Shown here: piece after piece, positions 41,956-48,624 of the stretch
How positions within the stretch are numbered: the stretch's first letter is position 1
Layout of the letters: every line of letters starts with the position of its first letter
From: Chloroflexota bacterium
GTDB lineage: Bacteria > Chloroflexota > Anaerolineae > B4-G1
Assembly (NCBI GenBank): GCA_011048615.1
Contig: DSDT01000399.1
Location: 1-48,624, forward strand
DNA length: 48,624 bases
Direction of reading: 5' to 3'
Notes under the pieces: generated by a model
Databases searched by the model: none
Told to the model about the DNA's origin: nothing
What the model saw: only the letters and a program-made list of their open reading frames with translations
Made by a program: the position numbers and the translations under genes

Positions 41956-44034
41956 GTGAGATCCAAGTTTGACGTTTTTCTGCGTTGGTGGCCGTTGTTT
42001 CTGATCAGCAGCCTGGGACTTTTTTTGGAGACGGCCGTGATCCGCTGGATCGCCGGTGAGGTGCGGTTGATGGCGTACTTTAAAAACCTTCCCCTGTTGG
42101 CGGCCTTTTTGGGACTATCCATCGGTTTCGCCCTCGTGCGAAGGGGGCGAAATTACCAAGATATATTTGGCCCCACGCTGGTACTCTTTGTTGTGCTGGT
42201 CCTGGCAATTGGGCGGGTCAGCTCCCCCCGTTTCCTGGCCTATCCCGGCAGCAGCGACGAGTTTCTGTGGTATCAGGGCAGTTTTTCCTACTGGGTCGCG
42301 TTGGTCGTGTTTTTGAGCACGGTGACGATCTTTTTCCTACTGACCGTCTTTCTCTTTATTCCTCTGGGACAGGTGACCGGAAAGGAGATGGCTCGGCACG
42401 CGCCGGTGCCAGCCTATCTCGTCAACATCCTGGCCAGCCTGGCAGGAGTGTGGGCGTTCGCCCTCGTCTCTTACCTGCAGACGCCGCCGGTGGTCTGGTT
42501 CGGCGTCGGTCTCCTGGGGGTGGGGGGATATTGGGCGGCTCAAAAGTCACTGTCGCGTTCGACCTGGATCAGTTTCGTGGTGGTATTGATCGGACTGGCC
42601 GTGTTCGGACGGGGGACGATCTGGTCGCCGTACCAACGGTTGGAGGTCTCTGACCTGGTTCGTACACGGCGCAGTGACGGCGAACCGGTCAACGTGGGGT
42701 ACAACTTGCACGTTCAGCAGGTTTTTTATCAGTACGCCATTGATCTCTCGCCGGGATTCTTGGCTCGCTTGGAGGGCGAGGTCCCCGAGATGGAGGAGTG
42801 GGCTTTTTCCTACAACCTGCCCTATCGCCTCGGGCCGGAGGGAGCGCGGGTGTTGATTGTCGGCGCGGGGATGGGCAACGACGTCGCGGCAGCACTGCGG
42901 AACGGCGCAGGGTACGTGGATGCCGTGGAAATTGACCCCGTCATTCTGGATCTGGGGCGGCAACTGCATCCCGAACAACCCTACGCCGACCCGCGCGTCA
43001 ACGCGATCGTGGACGACGCGCGCTCCTTTTTCGAGACGAGTTCCGACCAGTACGACGTGGTGGCGTTTGGGCTGTTGGATTCGCATACCTTGCTTTCGGG
43101 CCTTTCCAGCGTGCGACTGGATTCCTTCGTCTACACCCTGGAAAGCTTTGAGCAGGTGCGAAACCATCTGGCCGACGACGGGGTGGTGGCGGTGACGTTT
43201 TACGTCAGCGAGACGGCGCCCTGGATCGAGCAGCGTTTGGGGCGCATGCTGATGCAAGTGTTCGGATCGGAGCGCGTGTTCGTCCACAAGGGCGAGATCG
43301 GCACGACCTTTGTGGCCGGGCCGGTGCGCCCCGATCAGTTGGCAGAGATGCAGCTCGCGGCCTGGCAGCCGGATCCCACGGCGGAGGACGTGCCGCTGAC
43401 CACCGACGATTGGCCGTACCTTTACCTGCGCACGCACACAGTGCCATCGGCCTACTGGCAGGTCTTGTTGTTGATCGGTGTGGTTTGCCTGATTCTCCTG
43501 CGGCGCTCCTTTCCGGAGGTGCTGCGTCCCAACTGGCATTTTTGGCTCCTGGGAGCGGCCTTTTTGCTCATCGAGTTCAAGTGCGTCACCGAGTTTGCGC
43601 TTCTCTTTGGCACCACCTGGCTCGTCAATGCGCTGGCCATATCCGGCGTCCTGCTGATGGCCCTGGGCGCCAATCTGGTGGTGCTGCGACTGCCCCGTCT
43701 CAACGTGCGCCTGACCTATGTCCTGCTGTTTGCCAGCCTTGTGCTCACCTATTTCTTCCCCCTGGACCTGTTGATCGGTTTTCCGGCGGCTATCCGCGCC
43801 GTGGCGAGCATGGTCTTGCTCTCCCTGCCCTTGTTCTTTGCGGGCATGATTTTCAGCGAGTCACTGCGCCGGACCGGGGAGACGGCCGTGCCTTTGGCCT
43901 CCAATCTGAGCGGATCGGTCGCGGGCGGGGTGCTCGAATATGGATCGCTGCTGTGGGGGATCAAGAGCCTGTACATCATTGGGGCCGTGGTGTATGTCGC
44001 CGCTATGCTGGCCTCGCGCCTCCAACGCCGGTGA
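41956..44034 (+). CDS. Membrane-embedded spermidine-synthase-like (class I SAM-dependent transferase fold) protein flanked by two TM domains
   Basis: About 7 TM, then VLIVGAGMGNDVAAALRNGAGYVDAVEIDPVILDLGR...VNAIVDDARSFF...YDVVAFGLLDSHT, then about 6 TM. I prefer GTG 41956, 7 nt after GGGAGG; the ORF opens at TTG 41941. A TGgTATACT extended -10 box lies at 41888..41896. Confidence 0.7.
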   Translation: MRSKFDVFLRWWPLFLISSLGLFLETAVIRWIAGEVRLMAYFKNLPLLAAFLGLSIGFALVRRGRNYQDIFGPTLVLFVVLVLAIGRVSSPRFLAYPGSSDEFLWYQGSFSYWVALVVFLSTVTIFFLLTVFLFIPLGQVTGKEMARHAPVPAYLVNILASLAGVWAFALVSYLQTPPVVWFGVGLLGVGGYWAAQKSLSRSTWISFVVVLIGLAVFGRGTIWSPYQRLEVSDLVRTRRSDGEPVNVGYNLHVQQVFYQYAIDLSPGFLARLEGEVPEMEEWAFSYNLPYRLGPEGARVLIVGAGMGNDVAAALRNGAGYVDAVEIDPVILDLGRQLHPEQPYADPRVNAIVDDARSFFETSSDQYDVVAFGLLDSHTLLSGLSSVRLDSFVYTLESFEQVRNHLADDGVVAVTFYVSETAPWIEQRLGRMLMQVFGSERVFVHKGEIGTTFVAGPVRPDQLAEMQLAAWQPDPTAEDVPLTTDDWPYLYLRTHTVPSAYWQVLLLIGVVCLILLRRSFPEVLRPNWHFWLLGAAFLLIEFKCVTEFALLFGTTWLVNALAISGVLLMALGANLVVLRLPRLNVRLTYVLLFASLVLTYFFPLDLLIGFPAAIRAVASMVLLSLPLFFAGMIFSESLRRTGETAVPLASNLSGSVAGGVLEYGSLLWGIKSLYIIGAVVYVAAMLASRLQRR

Positions 44035-44035
44035 T

Positions 44036-45655
44036 ATGAACACGGATTCGCAGTCTGCGCCGTATCAGGTCTGCATCACACGACGAGAGATGGGATGGGT
44101 CGCTCTGGTGAGCGTGACGCTGCTGGCGGTGACCAGCCTCCCTTACCTGGTGGGTTGGTGGATGGACGCGCACGACGCCGCCCACGTATTCGGCGGGTTC
44201 ATCTATGCCGTGGAGGACGGCAACTCGTACCTGGCCAAGATGCAGGTCGGCGCGGCGGGGCATTGGTTGTTCTACCTGGCCTACACCCCGGAGCCACACC
44301 AGGGGGAGCTTTTTTTCCTCTACTACATTCTGCTGGGTAAACTGAGCCGGCTGCTGGGCCTCTCGATGCTGACTGGGCTGCACCTGAGCCGTATCCTGAC
44401 CGTGCCGTTTGGCCTCTTTTGTTACTACCGCTTTATCGCGTACTGGACCTTCGACTGCGCGGTGCGCCGCTGGGGACTGGCACTGTTCGCGTTCACAGCC
44501 GGTTTGGGGTGGCTGTGGGTGGTCCTGGGGGGCGGTTCGACGTTGGGGGCCATGCCGGTCGATCTGTGGGTGCCGGACGCCTCCTACTTTTTCTCGGCCC
44601 TCTTGTTTCCTCACCTGCCCCTGGCTCAGGGACTGCTGCTTTGGTTCGTGACGGACGCCCTCGAGTTCCTCGCGGTCGGTCGTGTCCGTTCGGGCGCGAT
44701 GGCCGCCCTGGTAGGACTTTTGGTCAGCCTGATTCACCCCTACACGCTGCCGGTGATTGGTGTCGTGGTGGGGCTGTTCGCCGCCTGGCAGGTCCTGCGC
44801 CGCCGGTGGCTGTTCTGGCCGACGGTGGGCCGGCTGGCGGCGGCGATGGCGCCGACGATCCCCTACCTGGCCTACAATGGGTTCGTCTTTTGGAACAATC
44901 CGGCTTTCCAGTCTTGGCGCGAGCAGAGCCAGACCGTCTCACCGGCTCCGGTACACTACCTGTTGGGGCTGGGATTTATCCTGATATGGGCCGTGGTCGG
45001 GATAGCGCGCCGGCGAACGTGCGAGGGACGGCCTCTCGATTTCTTGATCGTCTGGGCGGCGGCAGTGCCGATCCTGATCTATCTGCCCAGCTCGATCCAG
45101 CGCCGCTTCCTGGACGGGTATCAGGCCCCCTTGACCGTATTGGCCGCCTGCGGTTTGCGGAGCGTGTTCTCTGATCTGCGCCGTCCCCAGGTCCGGCGAT
45201 TGGCGCCGGGCCTGGTCGTGGGGTTGATGATGTTGACCAACCTGCTGCTGATCGTGGGGGCGCTGGCGGTGCTCCCGGGGCGGGACGAGCCGCTCTTTCG
45301 CCCGGGCGCGGAACAGGCGGCGGCGGATTGGCTGGCCCGGCGTGCTCAAGGCGAGGTCGTGTTGAGCGGTTACGAGAGCGGCAACTATTTGCCGACCCGA
45401 GGGGCGATGCGTGTCTTTCTTGGTCACAGGCCAGAGACGATGCGCTCGGCGGAGAAGCGAGACCTGGTCGCGAGTTTCTTTTCCGGGGAGACGGACGATG
45501 CCTGGCGGCAGCGACTGCTCGCCAAGTACGACGTGCGCTGGGTGTGGTGGGGGCCGTGGGAGCGGGCGTTAGGCCCGTTCGATCCGGGGACGTGCGAGTA
45601 CCTCGACCCTGCCTACGACGTCGGCGGGTACGCCGTTTTCGAGGTGGTGCGGTGA
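44036..45655 (+). CDS. Large polytopic membrane protein, family 'A' (paralogue 2)
   Basis: ATG 44036 lies 1 nt after the upstream stop. TSLPYLVGW...DGNSYLAKM...GHWLFYLAYTPEPH...YYILLGK and a C-terminal VWWGPWERALGPFDP...YAVFEV. Confidence 0.6.
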   Translation: MNTDSQSAPYQVCITRREMGWVALVSVTLLAVTSLPYLVGWWMDAHDAAHVFGGFIYAVEDGNSYLAKMQVGAAGHWLFYLAYTPEPHQGELFFLYYILLGKLSRLLGLSMLTGLHLSRILTVPFGLFCYYRFIAYWTFDCAVRRWGLALFAFTAGLGWLWVVLGGGSTLGAMPVDLWVPDASYFFSALLFPHLPLAQGLLLWFVTDALEFLAVGRVRSGAMAALVGLLVSLIHPYTLPVIGVVVGLFAAWQVLRRRWLFWPTVGRLAAAMAPTIPYLAYNGFVFWNNPAFQSWREQSQTVSPAPVHYLLGLGFILIWAVVGIARRRTCEGRPLDFLIVWAAAVPILIYLPSSIQRRFLDGYQAPLTVLAACGLRSVFSDLRRPQVRRLAPGLVVGLMMLTNLLLIVGALAVLPGRDEPLFRPGAEQAAADWLARRAQGEVVLSGYESGNYLPTRGAMRVFLGHRPETMRSAEKRDLVASFFSGETDDAWRQRLLAKYDVRWVWWGPWERALGPFDPGTCEYLDPAYDVGGYAVFEVVR

Positions 45656-47262
45656 CAGGGTCGCCGGCGGCCCATCCGACGGTCACGCGGCGCGAGTGGC
45701 GCTGGGCGGCGCTAATGTCCCTGGCAACGCTGGTGGTCGTCAGCCTGCCCTACCTGGTGGGCTGGGTCGTGCAGACGCCGGAGCGGGTGTTCGGCGGCTG
45801 CATCCTGCTGAGCGACGATTGTTACTCCTACCTGGCCAAGATGGCCCGGGGCGCGGCGGGGGACTGGCTGTTCCGCATGCCGTATACCCCAGAGCCGCAC
45901 ACGCCGACGCTGCTCTACCTGTTCTACTTGCTGCTGGGCAAAGTGTCCGCGCTGACAGGTCTCTCGACCGAGGCGACCTATCACCTGGCGCGGGTGGCGC
46001 TGGGATGGGGGATGATGCTGGTGGTGTACCGTTTCCTGGCGGTCTTCACACCGGCGGTCCGGGTGCGCCGCCTGGCCTGGCTGATGGTCGCCTTGGGGGG
46101 TGGGTTGGGATGGCTGCTGATCCTGCTGGGGCAGCCGAACTGGCTGGGGAGCCCGCCGCTGGACGTCTACCTGCCGGAAGGATTTGCCCTGCTGGTCTTG
46201 TATGGCTTTCCTCACTTGGCGGCCGCCCAGACGCTGCTGTTGGGGGGAATGTTGAGCCTGCTGCGGGCCTGGGAGGAATGCCGAATCGCGCGCCCTGCTG
46301 CATCCCTCTGGTGGGCCGTGCTGGCTGGTCTGGCCTGGTTCGCCATGGGCTGGATCGTCCCGTTCTACGTGGCTGTGGTGTGGGCCGTGATGGGATCTGC
46401 GTGGGTTGTGCTGGCTCTCCGGCGGCGGCGCGCGCCCTGGGGCGAGGGGGTGGGGTTGGCGGCGGCGGCTCTCCTCGCCGTGGGGCCGGTGCTGTACAGT
46501 GGATGGGTGTTCACCACCGATCCGGTGTACGCTGCCTGGGCTGCCCAGAACCTGATTCTCTCTCCCCACCCACTCCACTTTTTGGCGGCCTATGGCACAC
46601 CCCTGCTGCTGGCGGCCTTTGCCGTGCGGGTGGCCTGGCGTGACGAGGGCTGGGGTTGGCTGGCGCTGGTGTGGGTCGCAGTGGCAGCGGTGCTGGCTTA
46701 CCTGCCGTTCAACTTGCAGCGCCGATTGGTGCAGGGCGTGCAGACACCGCTCTACGCCCTGGCGGCTGGCAGCGCGGTGCGGCTGTGGCGGTCGAGGGGG
46801 CGCTGGCTGGCAGCGCTGCTGCTGGCGGCCATGCTCCCCACCACCCTCATCATCCTGGCTGGCAGCGGCGCATCGCTGCTCAACCGCCCGCGCCTCGTCT
46901 TCCGCCCGGCCGGCGAGGTCGCCGCGCTGGACTGGCTGTCTGAGCGCGTCCAACCCGACGACGTGGTGCTGGCCGCCTACGACACCGGTAACTATTTGCC
47001 GGTGCGGGTAGTGGCGCGGGTGTTCGTGGGGCATGGGTTCGAGACGATGGACGCCGAGGAGAAAGAAAGACTGGTGGCCCGATTTTTCGATCCAGAAGCC
47101 GATGACGCCTGGCGGCGTGATCTGCTGACCCGCTACGGTGTGGATTACGTCTTTTGGGGGCCGGAGGAGCGGCGGCTGGGGGCCTTCGACCCGCGCGACG
47201 CCTCGTACCTGCGGGCGGTGTACGACGCCGGTGGATACACGATTCTCGAGATCGAGCGGTGA
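45652..47262 (+). CDS. Large polytopic membrane protein, family 'A' (paralogue 3)
   Basis: GTG 45652 overlaps the upstream TGA (GTGA). VSLPYLVGW...DCYSYLAKM...GDWLFRMPYTPEPH...FYLLLGK and a C-terminal VFWGPEERRLGAFDP...YTILEI. Confidence 0.6.
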   Translation: MTGSPAAHPTVTRREWRWAALMSLATLVVVSLPYLVGWVVQTPERVFGGCILLSDDCYSYLAKMARGAAGDWLFRMPYTPEPHTPTLLYLFYLLLGKVSALTGLSTEATYHLARVALGWGMMLVVYRFLAVFTPAVRVRRLAWLMVALGGGLGWLLILLGQPNWLGSPPLDVYLPEGFALLVLYGFPHLAAAQTLLLGGMLSLLRAWEECRIARPAASLWWAVLAGLAWFAMGWIVPFYVAVVWAVMGSAWVVLALRRRRAPWGEGVGLAAAALLAVGPVLYSGWVFTTDPVYAAWAAQNLILSPHPLHFLAAYGTPLLLAAFAVRVAWRDEGWGWLALVWVAVAAVLAYLPFNLQRRLVQGVQTPLYALAAGSAVRLWRSRGRWLAALLLAAMLPTTLIILAGSGASLLNRPRLVFRPAGEVAALDWLSERVQPDDVVLAAYDTGNYLPVRVVARVFVGHGFETMDAEEKERLVARFFDPEADDAWRRDLLTRYGVDYVFWGPEERRLGAFDPRDASYLRAVYDAGGYTILEIER

Positions 47263-47383
47263 TCAGCAATTCCCGTTATGGAGTTCGTAGTAGCGACTTT
47301 CGCTGTTTGCGCAATAGAAGCGACTAAAGTCGCCACTACGAACGTCAAATGTGTGACGGCGATGCTAAAATGGGAATTGCTGA
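47263..47383. mobile_element. 121-bp nested palindromic element with 12-bp terminal inverted repeats and a 7-bp flanking direct repeat (MITE-like)
   Basis: TIRs: TCAGCAATTCCC 47263..47274 and GGGAATTGCTGA 47372..47383 (12/12). Inner 18-bp inverted repeat: 47283..47300 with 47326..47343 (17/18). GCGGTGA sits directly outside both ends (47256..47262 and 47384..47390). Confidence 0.45.
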
Positions 47384-47389
47384 GCGGTG

Positions 47390-48624
47390 ATGAGAGGGGG
47401 CGAGGGGATGGGACGGGGCGCAGGATTCGAGAGGCGGGTTGACCGTCGAGAGTTGGAGGTGGTGGCCGGTCTGGCGTTGTTTGCCGTCATGCTGCTGTGG
47501 CGGCCCCTCTTGACCGGCGAGGTCTTTTTTTGGGGCACGCCGCTGCTCCAGTTCGTGCCCTGGCAGCGGATGGCGGCCTCGATGTGGCGCCAGGGTCACC
47601 TGCCGCTCTGGAACCCGTTGGTGGGCTGCGGTGCGCCGCTGGCGGCCAACTATCAGACGGCGGCCTTTTACCCCCTGAATCTGCTCTACCTGCTGCTGCC
47701 GGTCGCTGTGGCCCTGGTGTGGACCACGGCGCTGCACCTCCTGCTTACTGGTTGGGGGATGTACCGCTGGGGACGGGCGGTGGGTCTGGAACGGTTCCCG
47801 GCCTTGATAGGCGGATTGACCCTGGCGGGCAGCGCTTTCCTGGTGACCCGGATCGCCCTGTTCCCCAGCGTGGCGGTCACCTTTCCCTGGCTGGCCGTCT
47901 GGTTGTGGCGGGCCGAGGCATTGGCGCGGCGCTGGCGGCTGCGCGATGCCCTCGGGCTGGGCCTGGCCCTGGGGCTGGGGCTGCTGGCCGGCCACGCGCA
48001 GACTGCTTTCTACGGTGGCCTGCTATTGGCTGCCTACCTGCTCTTTCGGACGGTGCAGGAGGGACGGTATACCCTGCGCCAAACAGCATACGTCGGGCTG
48101 GCCCTGGCGGTGGGCGTGGGCCTGGCAGCGGTGCAACTGCTCCCCACAGCCGAGCTGATGGCCTCGTCGCAGCGCTCGGCCGGCGTGGAGTATGATTTCG
48201 CGATGACCTATTCGCTGTGGCCCTGGCGGCTGATCACGTTCGTCGCGCCCGGCTTTTTCGGCCATCCGGGCCGGGGCGATTACGCCGGCTATCCCAACTA
48301 TTGGGAGGGAGCGGGGTACGTGGGGCTGCTGCCGCTCCTTCTGGCGGTGGAGGCGGTGCTGAGCGGGTGTCGTGGGCAAGGGAAGCGGACCGGGGGCGGT
48401 CAGGTCTGGTTCTGGGTCGGCAGCGCGGCGGTGGCGTTGACGTTGGCGCTGGGCCGGAACACGCCGATTTTCCCGTTCCTGTTTCGCCACGTCCCGACCT
48501 TTGACTTGTTCCAGGCCCCGGCCCGCTGGCTGGCGGTCGTCACGGTGGCGCTGGCGGCGCTGGCAGGGTGGGGCGCGCAGGCCTGGCCGCGGGGCCACCG
48601 GGGACGGCGGCTGGGGGCCTGGAG
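47390..48624 (+). CDS. YfhO-family GT-C membrane protein (paralogue 2); partial, runs off the window
   Basis: Absent from the ORF track because no stop is reached. The frame is open from the stop at 47381..47383 to the window end. It reads ...LLWRPLLTGEVFFWGTPLLQFVPWQRMAASMWRQGHLPLWNPLVGCGAPLAANYQTAAFYPLNLLY.... Start is ATG 47390, or ATG 47408 (SD GAGAGGGGG). Confidence 0.65.
   Translation, partial: MRGGEGMGRGAGFERRVDRRELEVVAGLALFAVMLLWRPLLTGEVFFWGTPLLQFVPWQRMAASMWRQGHLPLWNPLVGCGAPLAANYQTAAFYPLNLLYLLLPVAVALVWTTALHLLLTGWGMYRWGRAVGLERFPALIGGLTLAGSAFLVTRIALFPSVAVTFPWLAVWLWRAEALARRWRLRDALGLGLALGLGLLAGHAQTAFYGGLLLAAYLLFRTVQEGRYTLRQTAYVGLALAVGVGLAAVQLLPTAELMASSQRSAGVEYDFAMTYSLWPWRLITFVAPGFFGHPGRGDYAGYPNYWEGAGYVGLLPLLLAVEAVLSGCRGQGKRTGGGQVWFWVGSAAVALTLALGRNTPIFPFLFRHVPTFDLFQAPARWLAVVTVALAALAGWGAQAWPRGHRGRRLGAW

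Noticed and set aside
396-47034. Many long ORFs antisense to, or out of frame with, the called genes. Examples: 396..1277, 803..2296, 3310..4407, 4236..5177, 16209..17984, 32625..33815, 40144..41637 and 45712..47034.
   Set aside because: Their translations are Arg/Pro/Gly/Ala/His-rich low-complexity strings, typical of shadow frames in GC-rich DNA. Each fully overlaps a gene with clear family motifs on the other strand or in another frame.
1-48624. Search by eye for tRNA, rRNA, CRISPR arrays, transposases, integrases, toxin-antitoxin pairs or known defence-system genes.
   Set aside because: None found. All intergenic regions are under 300 nt, and none shows a cloverleaf-type or repeat-spacer organisation. 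A covariance-model scan (tRNAscan-SE or Infernal) would be needed to exclude small ncRNAs.

Overview
GC-rich, gene-dense chromosomal segment. Third codon positions are dominated by G/C, which produces many long antisense shadow ORFs. The protein content looks Chloroflexota-like (Anaerolineae/Thermoflexia type), but that is a guess I cannot verify here. I support about 40 protein genes. I recognised no rRNA, tRNA, CRISPR array, transposase or integrase.

Positions 1-32 kb are mostly housekeeping and metabolism:
- a biotin-dependent carboxyltransferase / NUDIX / OadG-like operon;
- an FAD oxidoreductase followed by a three-subunit xanthine-dehydrogenase-family molybdoenzyme;
- folC and lon;
- an M42 peptidase;
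- a penicillin-acylase-family / SIS / MBL operon;
- a parvulin PPIase, a KaiC-like ATPase, rsmI and an aconitase-X large subunit;
- an orphan cNMP-binding histidine kinase, an EEP-family membrane protein and an Atg22-type MFS transporter.

Positions 32-48.6 kb are dominated by very large polytopic membrane proteins. mobB is translationally coupled to a GT-C-like protein, followed by a copZ-copA copper efflux pair. The region ends with a ~10 kb co-directional array of six giant membrane proteins: three paralogues of a family I cannot name, two YfhO-type paralogues, and a spermidine-synthase-like domain set between two membrane domains. This array is the best candidate for an undescribed envelope-polymer system.

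Other signals not explained by gene calls:
- a 121-bp nested palindrome with 12-bp terminal inverted repeats and a 7-bp flanking direct repeat (MITE-like), inserted inside the array;
- a ~45-nt bipartite element (TGTAAC-N5-TGTAACCCAC-N18-TACATT) present twice with identical spacing in two intergenic regions;
- a nested CACGAA/TTCGTG inverted-repeat array upstream of the acylase gene;
- an MFS transporter carrying a ~165-aa extracytoplasmic insert;
- two probable leaderless promoters;
- a probable deletion remnant of a gene.

Two partial genes at the window edges are missing from the ORF track because they reach no stop codon.
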